NCBI GenBank assembly: GCA_964544655.1
Contig: CAZJCM010000003.1
Coordinates: forward strand, 9,317-73,316
Source: an uncultured Sedimenticola sp.
GTDB lineage: Bacteria > Pseudomonadota > Gammaproteobacteria > Chromatiales > Chromatiaceae
Reading direction: 5' to 3'
DNA length: 64,000 nucleotides
The notes under the pieces were generated by a model. That model saw only the letters and a list, made by a program, of their open reading frames with translations. It had not been told where the DNA came from and made no database searches. Shown piece by piece: positions 46,096-58,656 of this stretch (the stretch's first letter is position 1; each line of letters begins with the position of its first letter). The position numbers and the translations under genes are program-made.

Positions 46096-47673
46096 TTAAA
46101 CTGTTTCTGAAACCAGCATCAACACGACGATCAGCGACAGAACGGCCTTACCCAGGCCCACCACCGCACCAATCACAGCCGGTTGTCCACCGGCCTGCTT
46201 CATCGACGAGACCGTGATCTGCATGCCCAGTCCAACCAGACCAAAGGCAAACAGCCATGTGATCCATTTGCGGAACGCCTTCACCTTCTTCGCCGTATGC
46301 CGCACCGCCTTGTGCGCCCCCTTGAGGATATGGTTCGCCTCTTTGGACAGGAGTCTGGCATTCACCAGACCACGCAGCGCATCATCGTCGTCGATGGTCA
46401 TAATCTTGCCGTTCTCCACCAGCCGTTGCAGCGCAGCCTTGCGATTCTCACGCTGCACCTTAGACGCCTCGGCCTGCAGGATGGCGATCTGATCCGCCTT
46501 CAGCAGCTTGCTCTCCTTGAAGCCGGACTCCGGGGTATTGCCGAAATACTTCCCCTTATAGTGGTTGGCCGGGGCAAAGATACCGGTGCTGGAAAGGGCG
46601 AACATCAGGATGAAGCCGATGACGAACACCGGGAACTTCTCGAAGATCACCCGCCCCACATTGACCTGCTCGGCACTCTCTTCCCGCTTCACATACCAGA
46701 CCGCCAGCCACAACACGATGATCGGCAGCACCAGCACCCGGGTGATGTTGAAGATTTCAGCCACCTTCAGGGTCTCGATCCCATCCGGCTGATAGGCCAG
46801 CGCGGCACCCGCGACCTGGGCCGAGTTGAGAATACCGGTGCCGGCCCAGGCACCGAACTGGACGTAGGACATGTTGAACAGGTTACCTACGATGGGAAAC
46901 ACAAACATACAGCCGACACCCCACAGCAGAATGGTGCCGATGGTGTAGGCGATCTCCACCGACTTGGCCTGCACTACAGGTGCAGAAGCCACCGTGGCCG
47001 AAACACCGCACACCCCCATACCGGCGGACAACACCCCGCCCATGGAGTTGGGAATCTTCATCCGCGCACCGAGCCAGAGAACGGTGCCCACGGAACCCAG
47101 CACGAACACGCCGATCATGATGATGGAGAGGCCACCCAGGTTCTTCAACTCGGCTGCGCTATACAGTGTGCCGAGCAGGATGACCCCGGTCTTCAGGCCC
47201 AGCCGCGACAGTCGCACGCCGTTCTCGGCCCATTTTGGCACGCCGAACACGTTGACCACGACGATACCCACCACGATGCCGATCACCACGTAGTTGAGAC
47301 CAAGGAGCTTATGGATGTATTTGCCGGTATCGCCCACTTTGCCCATGGCATGGCTGATCACCGCAACTTCCGGCGCCACGAACCAGCGCACCAACATGGC
47401 AATGAGCAGGATGAACATGGCACCGGCAATGGAAGACGAATAATAGTCCCAGTGCCCCTCGCGATGCGCACCGAACAGCTGCCACACACCTATCACCACG
47501 GAGAGGACGCCGAAATAGAGGGGGATACTGCTCAGCTCGGATGTGTACTTGTATTTCGCCCCACCAAGATGGTCGATATAGGGGGCCATTAGACCGCTGC
47601 TTGCCAGAAACCAAATGGCAAGCATGATGAGACCCACGATCAATAGCGCGGGTGATTTCTTGGTATAAACCAT
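46096..47673 (-). CDS. YeiH/UPF0324-family putative (sulfate) exporter, enlarged form
   Basis: Multi-TM. 'LSRLGLKTGVILLGTLYS', 'GVCGVSATVASAPVV', 'GAWAGTGILNSAQVAGAAL'. About 110-aa hydrophilic insert 'KGKYFGNTPESGF...KKVKAFRKW'. Confidence 0.7.
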   Translation of the reverse strand: MVYTKKSPALLIVGLIMLAIWFLASSGLMAPYIDHLGGAKYKYTSELSSIPLYFGVLSVVIGVWQLFGAHREGHWDYYSSSIAGAMFILLIAMLVRWFVAPEVAVISHAMGKVGDTGKYIHKLLGLNYVVIGIVVGIVVVNVFGVPKWAENGVRLSRLGLKTGVILLGTLYSAAELKNLGGLSIIMIGVFVLGSVGTVLWLGARMKIPNSMGGVLSAGMGVCGVSATVASAPVVQAKSVEIAYTIGTILLWGVGCMFVFPIVGNLFNMSYVQFGAWAGTGILNSAQVAGAALAYQPDGIETLKVAEIFNITRVLVLPIIVLWLAVWYVKREESAEQVNVGRVIFEKFPVFVIGFILMFALSSTGIFAPANHYKGKYFGNTPESGFKESKLLKADQIAILQAEASKVQRENRKAALQRLVENGKIMTIDDDDALRGLVNARLLSKEANHILKGAHKAVRHTAKKVKAFRKWITWLFAFGLVGLGMQITVSSMKQAGGQPAVIGAVVGLGKAVLSLIVVLMLVSETV

Positions 47674-48024
47674 GATTTCTCCTCTGGTGTTTCTTCAATT
47701 ATTCGTGACCATTCCAACAGCTATGGCATAAACGCTCAGACCCTGTGCGTCACAAGACGCAACGGAGTACAGAAGACGCTGCTGACAAGCCAAAGTGGTG
47801 CTGGACGACTACGATTATTTGTTGTTGTTCTCGTTGCAGACCGGGACTACCGGCCGATGCGCAGGACTACGCAAGGGTTCAATGCATATATGGCGCCTCC
47901 TCACCCGTATAGCGATGCAGGTGTTTATCTGATCAAGCTCGAAGAAGAAACGTGTGATAGAGCAATTTTATTCCATCCAAAAAAATAAATATTGCTCAGC
48001 GGGAGGATCTGGGGGTTCGACCGC

Positions 48025-48807
48025 TCACACCACACAGGGCGTGCTCGCATCGCGCGCCTGTTGCAGCGCCATCATGGCACGGCCATCCATGGTTCTGTGC
48101 GACCGGGTCATACGCTGGACCACGCGGGCAATCTGCTGCAGCCGCTGTGGGTCCATGCGAGGCGCCAACAGATAATAGGCAGCACCGCGAACCTGCCAGC
48201 CATAGATCTGATAACCGCCGTAGGCAAAGGTATCGATCGCCTTGCCGGAGCGGCGGCTGTCATCTTTGAACACGACCAGGCTCACCCGGCATCCATGGGG
48301 GCCGCGATACCCCACATGCAATCCCTTCTGGGACTGGAAAGAGACGGGACGAATGCCATCGTAACTGAGGCCAGCCCGGGACAGGTCAGGAACATAGGCA
48401 TCCAGTTGCAGCCGTTTCAGACTGCTTTTCAGTAGCTCTCCGGAGGCGCCGGCTTTTTCCGCGTGGCCGCCGCTGAGCCAACCGTTATGGGCGACCACGG
48501 CCTGCGCCACCAGATCCGGCGGCAACGCCCTCTCCTCAAAGAGCTGCCATCCGCTGAACAGGGCCATGAATAGAAACAGCGCGGCAACCAGCCCTCTGCG
48601 CCGATAACCTGCGGGCTTGAGCCGAATGGGCTCAGGGCAGGGCTGGCGTAAATCGAACAGTGTGGATTTGAGCCTGCTCAGCTCTGCCACCCGCCGCGCC
48701 AGACCGGGATCCTGCGCCAACTGTTCTGCCACCTGCGCGGTCTCTGCCGGTGTCAGTTCACCATCGACATAGGCATTCAATGTTTCCCATTCGACATCGC
48801 CACTCAC
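48025..48807 (-). CDS. Anti-sigma factor (single-pass membrane)
   Basis: 'LNAYVDGELTPAETAQVAEQLAQDPGLARRVAELSRLK', TM 'LVAALFLFMALFSGWQLF'. GTGA overlap with the ECF sigma gene. Confidence 0.75.
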   Translation of the reverse strand: MSGDVEWETLNAYVDGELTPAETAQVAEQLAQDPGLARRVAELSRLKSTLFDLRQPCPEPIRLKPAGYRRRGLVAALFLFMALFSGWQLFEERALPPDLVAQAVVAHNGWLSGGHAEKAGASGELLKSSLKRLQLDAYVPDLSRAGLSYDGIRPVSFQSQKGLHVGYRGPHGCRVSLVVFKDDSRRSGKAIDTFAYGGYQIYGWQVRGAAYYLLAPRMDPQRLQQIARVVQRMTRSHRTMDGRAMMALQQARDASTPCVV

Positions 48808-49382
48808 GATTCGACCCCCACAACCTGCAGCCTGGTCAGTGGAGGCTTTTCCCTGTGCAATTCATCCAGCAGGAGTTGTCGCGCCCGGCTGACCCGGCTC
48901 ATCACGGTTCCCACAGGAACGCTCAACAGATCGGCTGCCTCCCGGTAACTGAAACCCAGCATGTCGATCAGCACCATGATCTCATGATGGTCACGGCTCA
49001 ACCGATCCATTGCACTCTGCACAGTCAGCTGATCGATCAGGGCATCGTCATTGGATATGGCAAACTGCAGGGGGACCACCTTCCCATCCCAATCCCCCTC
49101 AGTGGCACACTGCTCCAGACTGATCAGATCCTCCCGCTCCCGCCGCACCTCGTCCAGATGCGCATTGCGCAATATCTTGAACAACCAGCTACGATAGGCC
49201 GGCTCGTCCCGGGGAACCCGCTTGGCGGCCAGCGCTTTCAAGGCACAGGTCTGCACCAGGTCACGCGCCTGCTCCTGGTTGTGGGTGAGACTGAAGGCAT
49301 AGCCATAGAGCCGATCGAGATAACCCTCTATCCGCCGCCGGGCCGATTGCTGACAGACTTTTTTGCAAAACAGGGAACTCAT
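48804..49382 (-). CDS. ECF-type RNA polymerase sigma factor
   Basis: Region 2 'YRSWLFKILRNAHLDEVRR'. Region 4 'FSYREAADLLSVPVGTVMSRVSRARQLL'. Start at 'MSSLF' (49382) or 49403; the track start at 49580 is unlikely. Confidence 0.85.
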   Translation of the reverse strand: MSSLFCKKVCQQSARRRIEGYLDRLYGYAFSLTHNQEQARDLVQTCALKALAAKRVPRDEPAYRSWLFKILRNAHLDEVRREREDLISLEQCATEGDWDGKVVPLQFAISNDDALIDQLTVQSAMDRLSRDHHEIMVLIDMLGFSYREAADLLSVPVGTVMSRVSRARQLLLDELHREKPPLTRLQVVGVES

Positions 49383-49521
49383 CGGTTGAACTCTAGGTGA
49401 CATTGCCAAAAGTAGCAAGACTGTAACCCTGGCCCAAACACCCACCAGCCGAGTGATGGAACAATCCATCAGCAGGTATACTGCATCATCTGTAAAATCA
49501 AGGCGTGAAGACTGCGACCGG

Positions 49522-52843
<3,322 letters not shown>

Positions 52844-52944
52844 TTACGTATCGGCATATACCAGACGGCTTCAGTGCGACCACCATCCGGCCTTCGCATC
52901 CAGTGCCAACGTCACGCCCCATTGCCTTGTAATTCATAAGACAA

Positions 52945-53259
52945 TCACAAGCATAACGTACCTATTCTGTGCGAATCCAGCCAAAAAAGGGGAATCCCGT
53001 CATTTTGCAACGAGTGGTGAAAAATCAATCCTGGATAAAAAAACAGGCCTGTTGCAGCCGGCCCGCAATCGATAAAATCCCCCAGGAACACGGCCTTGCC
53101 GGCCGACCGCCGACAGCCACCACCGCGCCGCTCATACCGGAGCTGCTGCAACAGCCGCTCCAGCTTGTCCGCCTGCCCATGGACGTCACCAATGAAATCG
53201 CATTGGGTCAAGATCCGCCACGCTGATTGCCACCCCGCAACGACCGGGGCGGCGTCCAC
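52945..53259 (-). pseudogene. Remnant of a metallophosphoesterase (PPP-family Ser/Thr or ApaH-like phosphatase) gene
   Basis: Only the first two PPP motifs are present: 'FIGDVHGQADKLERLLQQL' and 'AVFLGDFIDCGP'. The GNHE motif and the rest of the ~220-270 aa fold are absent, and the ORF runs into unrelated sequence. Confidence 0.45.
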
Positions 53260-53264
53260 ATACC

Positions 53265-55994
53265 TCAGCCGATGTGACTACACTTGCTGGCCGGCGTCCG
53301 GGTATCCATATTACGCCCGCGGTTGGTGTGGTCCTCGATCTCCGCTGCACTGCCGATCATGCGACCGAACAGGAAGGTGGTGAAGGCCGCAGACTCCATC
53401 ACCCGGTCGGAAATATCGCCATCCACATAGGGCCGCCACAGCATCTTCAGCAGGATAACCGCGATCACCGCATCCACGTTCACACAGTAGACATTGCGGC
53501 TGACACCGACCTTGTACAGGGCCTGCACCAGTTCATGGTAGAAATCGAGGAATATGTTGTAACTGCCGCGCTTGTTGAACAGCTCGCTGACGAACACCTC
53601 CCGCGGGTCATAGTTCACCGGCTCGCCCTTGAATACCGGGTGATTGATGCAGGGAATCTTGGCGTAGGAGAGATCCCCCGCCGCTTTCGCCTTCTTCTTA
53701 TAGGCCAGATATTCCTTGGCATAGGCCAGGGCCATTGCGGACAGATCGAGGCCGTGATCGCGGGCGCCTGGATTGACCAGGCCAGAGTCCCGGAAGCGGT
53801 CGAGCAGAAAGGAGATCGCTTCGTATCCATTACCGCCGTGGGCATAACCGGTGTGAGTGAGGAAACCCAGGTAGCTCTTGTTGATCTGCACCCGCTTCGG
53901 CGCCTCCGGCCCATCGGCGCTGACCGCCCCCTTGGCGCCCTGGGCCGAAATGGTGCCAGGACCGTTGGAGATGATCAGCCCCAGCAGCACCGAGAAGGAG
54001 AACAGGGCCTCCATGTCCGGGCGCTGACCCAGCAGCGCCAGATGGGCGGTCTCGGCGAAGCTCCAATCGTTGAGCAGCTCGCTGTCGGGCACACCGCAGA
54101 ACTTACCGGGCTCCTGCTTCGCTTCGCTGGCGGCAGCACCAACCAGCGTACTGTAGATACGAAAATGCCAGGGCAGGTTCTCCACCGTGGTGATGGAGAT
54201 GCGTTTGCGCATCAGCGCCGGCCATGCCAGATGGGTAGTGATGGCAGCAAGAACCACCTGTCCGCGCAGCTGACCACCGAGCCGCTCTGCCAGGGCCTTG
54301 AGAAATTCGACGAACACCGACTTGGCACCCCGTGCCGTCATCGCAGCCAGCATGGCGCTGCCCCGGCTGCAGGCAGCATCGGAGACCAGTACCCGTGCCG
54401 GGTCACCATCCAACGCCTGATTCAGTTGATCGGTAAAATCAAACGCCGTATCGGAAGGGTCGTTCAGACCGCTCTTGCGAAACAGATCGACCAGGACCGC
54501 CGCAGCATCCCGTGCCGCCTCCACTTCACCCGGCCCGACCAGGGCAAGGGCCGCAGAGAGGCTGGTGTTCGGGCTGTTACCCGCCTGCCGCGCCGCCTCG
54601 GCTGCCGCCAGACCGATGCTGCCGCTCTGATTGACGAAGCCGTTGAGGGCCACATTGGCCAGCGCCACCCCGTTCATGTCGGGATATTCCCGCACCAAGG
54701 CCTGCACCAGGTTCTCCTCGTAACTGCGGGTGGAGGCATCCAGCACACTGGTGCCATGGATGCGGGTCACCTGGGTCTTCGGGTCCATCATCGAGGCGCC
54801 GGAGGCATCCTTCATCACCTGCCGTGGAAAGACTGCCCCCACCTGTTCGTCCAGGGCCGCTATCTGCTCATCATAGGGGGATACGGCCTGGACTACGGGC
54901 GGATTGAGCTGTTCTGGCAGCTTGATGCCCTGGGAATTGCTGAACCAGCACTTCAGAGAAAGGTCACCCTTCGGGGCAAAGTCGGGCCCTACCCCGTTCT
55001 TCTCCATCACCGCGGTCATCGCCAGGGGGATATGGGCGATATTGATCACCACCGCCCCCTTCTCGGAGCAGACCGGGTTTTCCGGGGTGAAGATATCGTC
55101 CACGCCGAATTTCTGCATGAACCACTCTTCCTTGGCGGCCGCATTGTCACCGCTGCCGGCGATGGCACCGGCGTGGCCACAGGCCTTGGTCAGCTTCGCC
55201 TTCCAGCGTCCGACCACACAGGCCACCACCGGCTTGTCGAAGGAGAGATCGTGTTCATAGTAACCGCCGGGTTCGATATACATTACCGCCGCCTTGGAGC
55301 GGTCATCGTTATGGAAGGCGTGGGCCCACTCCATGGCGGAATAATGGATATACAGATCCTTGCCGGATGACAGGGAGACCGTGCTGCCCCAGCCCGCAGT
55401 GAGCAGATAGACGGCAATGGTGGTGGTGAAGTTGCCCGAGTTGGAATAGATCGCCACTGACCCCGGCACCAGAGATTCCTCCGGGTTGCTGCCGCCGAGG
55501 GCGCCGCCGATACGCACCCGGTTATGGGCATCGGCGATACCCAGGCAGTTGGCGCCGAAGATATCGATACCATGCATCTGGCCGATGGCACGGATCACCC
55601 GCGCATCCCGTACCGGCACCTTCTCGGTGAGGATCACGATCTTGTCGATATCGGGATTCACCCGCACCGCCTCGAGCACGCCGTCGCGCACCCCGGCGGG
55701 GGGCAGATAGACCACCACCACATTGAAACGGTGGCCGGCCTCCATCGCCTCTGGCAGGTTGTCATAGACGGGGATATCGCCATCCGCCGTCTTCATCACC
55801 GTACCTGAACGGCCTGGCGCGGTACCACAGACAATATTGCCACCGGAAAAGCTGTGGCTTACCGGTGTAACGGTACGGCTCTCACCGCCGGTGATATTGA
55901 GGACACAAACCCGGTCTTCCCGGGTGGCCAACTGGGCCAGTGAATCGATGCCCACGTAATAGTGGGGAAACGCTGCTACGCCTTGGGGATGCAT
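53265..55994 (-). CDS. aclA: ATP-citrate lyase large subunit, type-II-like (SCS-alpha-like CoA-ligase domain, ~270-aa insert, citrate-synthase-like citryl-CoA lyase domain)
   Basis: 'VCVLNITGGESRT', phosphohistidine loop 'KACGHAGAIAGSGDNAAAK'. C-terminal citrate-synthase catalytic triad equivalents 'YAHGGNGYEA', 'INHPVFKG', 'CVNVDAV'. Confidence 0.82.
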   Translation of the reverse strand: MHPQGVAAFPHYYVGIDSLAQLATREDRVCVLNITGGESRTVTPVSHSFSGGNIVCGTAPGRSGTVMKTADGDIPVYDNLPEAMEAGHRFNVVVVYLPPAGVRDGVLEAVRVNPDIDKIVILTEKVPVRDARVIRAIGQMHGIDIFGANCLGIADAHNRVRIGGALGGSNPEESLVPGSVAIYSNSGNFTTTIAVYLLTAGWGSTVSLSSGKDLYIHYSAMEWAHAFHNDDRSKAAVMYIEPGGYYEHDLSFDKPVVACVVGRWKAKLTKACGHAGAIAGSGDNAAAKEEWFMQKFGVDDIFTPENPVCSEKGAVVINIAHIPLAMTAVMEKNGVGPDFAPKGDLSLKCWFSNSQGIKLPEQLNPPVVQAVSPYDEQIAALDEQVGAVFPRQVMKDASGASMMDPKTQVTRIHGTSVLDASTRSYEENLVQALVREYPDMNGVALANVALNGFVNQSGSIGLAAAEAARQAGNSPNTSLSAALALVGPGEVEAARDAAAVLVDLFRKSGLNDPSDTAFDFTDQLNQALDGDPARVLVSDAACSRGSAMLAAMTARGAKSVFVEFLKALAERLGGQLRGQVVLAAITTHLAWPALMRKRISITTVENLPWHFRIYSTLVGAAASEAKQEPGKFCGVPDSELLNDWSFAETAHLALLGQRPDMEALFSFSVLLGLIISNGPGTISAQGAKGAVSADGPEAPKRVQINKSYLGFLTHTGYAHGGNGYEAISFLLDRFRDSGLVNPGARDHGLDLSAMALAYAKEYLAYKKKAKAAGDLSYAKIPCINHPVFKGEPVNYDPREVFVSELFNKRGSYNIFLDFYHELVQALYKVGVSRNVYCVNVDAVIAVILLKMLWRPYVDGDISDRVMESAAFTTFLFGRMIGSAAEIEDHTNRGRNMDTRTPASKCSHIG

Positions 55995-56176
55995 GTTGCC
56001 TTCCTCTTCGATCTCTTCCGGCCGTCAGGCCGGAGCCGCACATCTCTGCTTGGATTGGTTGGGCCGCAAATGAACATGAATAGACGCATATGTTCTTTAA
56101 ACTGCCGAATGGCTGCCGGGAAAAATACAGGCCCAGGCATCATTCGCGACCAGAATTTCGGGTTATGATTTCCGCC

Positions 56177-57448
56177 TCAGGCGATCCCCAGCCGCTTGGC
56201 CACCAGGTCCCGACCGCCCTCGTTCATCCACTTATCCGCCTCCTGGGCAAAATTGACCACCTCACTCATGGCCGAATCGTGGCCGAACATCTGGTACGGC
56301 AGCCCGAGGGCATCCAGGGTATCGCGCAGATAGCCCATGCCCCGAATCAGGTTGGGACCACCCCGCCCGACCACCACATAGAGGGGCTGGGGGCCGTGGC
56401 TGTTGAAATGATCCCGCAGGGCGTCAGCCATGGCGCGAAAGGTCTCGTAGATATCGGTGTTGTTGGCCTTGCCGCCAATGATGAACAGAACATTGGATTG
56501 CCGCAGCCAGTACTTGTAGACGATGCGGCTGATGTCGTGCATCTTGGCGTAGGGAGGATTGCCGCCGAAGTCCGAGGAGATGGTGGCGGCATCACCCAGC
56601 AGCTCGGTGACCAGCGCATTGGCGCCACCGCCAAAGGTCATGGCGGTGATGGTCCCCTGTTCGTTGATCACGAACACGTCGGACTGACCCTGATAGGTGC
56701 GCAGCTGGTTCACTTCCTGCTCAAAATCCGAATAACTGGAGGTATCCAGCGCCTCCGGCAGATCCAGCCGCTTCCAGTTGGGGTCGTCATCGTCGAAGGC
56801 GCACTTGAAGTCGCAGGCCACCGGCGTCAGGCGGCCGTTCTTCCCCGGCATCATGCGGATCGGATTCAACTCCAGGGTGGTCATACCGTAGGTGTGGTAG
56901 AGATCCCACAACTTGGGCAGATTCTGCACCAGCGGACTGATCAGCTCCCGTGGCGCCTTCAACCGCTTCAAGGCATTGGAGATGACGAAACCCTTGAGCC
57001 CGGTCAGGGGATCGAATGGGATACGGGCGATCTTCTCCGGCGGCAGCTCCTCGATATCCATGCCGCCATAATGGGTCAGTGTAATGGTGGGGGCACGATA
57101 CTCGGTGCTGTCGGTGATGGAGAAATAGATCTCATGCTCCGCCGGCACCGCGCCCTCGAAGGTGACACCTTCCGCCTTGGCCAGGGTGTTGTTATGAAAA
57201 TGCTCGGCAAAATAGAGCCGTGCCTTCTCCTTCATCGCCGTGGGCACATCCTTGGCCCGCCCGAGCAGGCCGGCCTTCCCCTTCTTGCCCACGCCGCCCT
57301 TGAACATGGGCTTGACGAACACCTCGCCATGACGCGCAATCAGATCCCTGATCTGCTCCGCACTCGCCTCAGGTCCCAGCACTTCTGATGTGGGAAAGTC
57401 CACATAATCGAGGAGCATCCCTCCCCAATACATCCCGGTAATCTGCAT
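56177..57448 (-). CDS. aclB: ATP-citrate lyase small subunit, type-II-like (SCS-beta/ATP-grasp)
   Basis: 'VFVKPMFKGGVGKKGKAGLLG', 'LELNPIRM', 'FGGGANALVTE', 'FIIGGKANNTDI'. The ATG is 6 nt after the mdh stop, with CAGGAG upstream. Confidence 0.8.
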   Translation of the reverse strand: MQITGMYWGGMLLDYVDFPTSEVLGPEASAEQIRDLIARHGEVFVKPMFKGGVGKKGKAGLLGRAKDVPTAMKEKARLYFAEHFHNNTLAKAEGVTFEGAVPAEHEIYFSITDSTEYRAPTITLTHYGGMDIEELPPEKIARIPFDPLTGLKGFVISNALKRLKAPRELISPLVQNLPKLWDLYHTYGMTTLELNPIRMMPGKNGRLTPVACDFKCAFDDDDPNWKRLDLPEALDTSSYSDFEQEVNQLRTYQGQSDVFVINEQGTITAMTFGGGANALVTELLGDAATISSDFGGNPPYAKMHDISRIVYKYWLRQSNVLFIIGGKANNTDIYETFRAMADALRDHFNSHGPQPLYVVVGRGGPNLIRGMGYLRDTLDALGLPYQMFGHDSAMSEVVNFAQEADKWMNEGGRDLVAKRLGIA

Positions 57449-57454
57449 TATCTA

Positions 57455-58396
57455 TTACTCCTGGCCCGCCATTCTCGAGACCGTCTCTTTCACCGTCTCA
57501 ACCGTTTGATCAAATTTTGTCCGTTCTTCCCGGGTGAGTTCGAACTCGATCACCCGCTCTACGCCCCCGGCACCGATGACGCAGGGCACGCCGACAAAAT
57601 AGCCGTCGACACCATATTCACCGCTACACAACGCAGCAGAAGGAATTACACGCTTCTTGTCCTTCAGGTAGGCCTCCGCCATCTCGATGACCGAGGCCGC
57701 CGGGCTGTAGAAGGCACTGCCGTTACCCAGCAGCTGAACGATCTCGGTGCCTGCCCCCTGGGTGCGCTCCACCACCTTGGCGATCTGCGCCTCACTCAAC
57801 AGATCGGTCACCGGAATCCCACCGACGGTCGCAGTGCGCACCAGGGGAATCATGGAGGGTCCGTGGCCACCGATCACCATCGCCGAGACATCCTCCACCG
57901 ACAACCCGGTCTCCATCGCGAGAAAGGTGCGGAAGCGCCCGGAATCCAATGCACCGGCCATCCCCACCACCTGGTGCCGGGACATGCCCGTGCGCTGGTG
58001 AAAGGCGTAGATCATGGCATCCAGCGGATTGGTAGTAATGATCACGAAGGCATCCGGCGCGTACCGCTTCACCTGATCGGCCACATCGCGGATGACCCGC
58101 AGGTTGATCTCCAACAGATCTTCCCGGTTCATACCCGGCTTCCGCGGGACGCCGGCGGTGATGATCACCAGATCGGCATCGGCAATGGCGGCATAGTCCC
58201 CACTGCCCGAAAGGGCCACATCATAGCCGCCGTGAGGGCGCAGTGCCATCAGATCCAGGGCCTTGCCTTTGATCGGGTTCTCCAGCTGAGGAAGGTCTAT
58301 GATCACCACATCCCCAAGCTCTTTCTGGGTTGCCAGCAACGCCAGGATACCGCCAATCTGACCACCACCGACAAGCCCTATTTTTTTTCTACCCAT
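57455..58396 (-). CDS. mdh: Malate dehydrogenase (LDH-like family), copy 1
   Basis: 'KIGLVGGGQIGG', 'ITAGVPRKPGMNREDL', 'TNPLD', 'IGGHGPSM'. Start at 'MGRKKIG'. Confidence 0.9.
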   Translation of the reverse strand: MGRKKIGLVGGGQIGGILALLATQKELGDVVIIDLPQLENPIKGKALDLMALRPHGGYDVALSGSGDYAAIADADLVIITAGVPRKPGMNREDLLEINLRVIRDVADQVKRYAPDAFVIITTNPLDAMIYAFHQRTGMSRHQVVGMAGALDSGRFRTFLAMETGLSVEDVSAMVIGGHGPSMIPLVRTATVGGIPVTDLLSEAQIAKVVERTQGAGTEIVQLLGNGSAFYSPAASVIEMAEAYLKDKKRVIPSAALCSGEYGVDGYFVGVPCVIGAGGVERVIEFELTREERTKFDQTVETVKETVSRMAGQE

Positions 58397-58586
58397 GGAT
58401 ACCCGCTCCTTCCGCAATTCCGCCGCTTTCCACTCATCCACCACACAATCTTAATTCCGTAACTTTATAAAGGGTAATGGAAAATTCATTGAATTGGAAA
58501 AGGTTATGGAATCGACCGACAGCGGGTCATCCGGCAAGCCGAACAGGCACCCGGCAGCAATGCAAAAAGCATCCTGAAAGAATTAC

Positions 58587-58614
58587 TGGACAGATGTCCA
58601 TCTGTGTCTATATT
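58587..58614 (+). promoter_or_regulatory. Candidate sigma70 promoter of mdh copy 2 with an embedded palindromic operator
   Basis: TGGACA-16 nt-TATATT. The spacer carries ACAGATG-tc-CATCTGT (58590-58605, 7-2-7 inverted repeat). About 45 nt upstream of the ATG at 58657. Confidence 0.4.
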
Positions 58615-58656
58615 TATCAAAGCGATCACCCCTACCTTCTCTGGAGAAGACAAGAC

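Noticed and set aside
48014-48020. GGTTCGA T-loop-like string suggesting a tRNA
   Set aside because: There are no complementary T-stem, acceptor or anticodon arms around it, and it lies at the 3' end of the anti-sigma gene.
53274-55370. 698-aa plus-strand ORF
   Set aside because: It is antisense to the ACL large-subunit gene, which carries phosphohistidine and citrate-synthase motifs.
58381-58388. A8/T8 homopolymer inside the first codons of mdh copy 1 (MGRKKIG), a possible phase-variation tract
   Set aside because: Eight nucleotides is short for efficient slippage, and it encodes a plausible Lys-Lys. It is not worth more than a check in population data.
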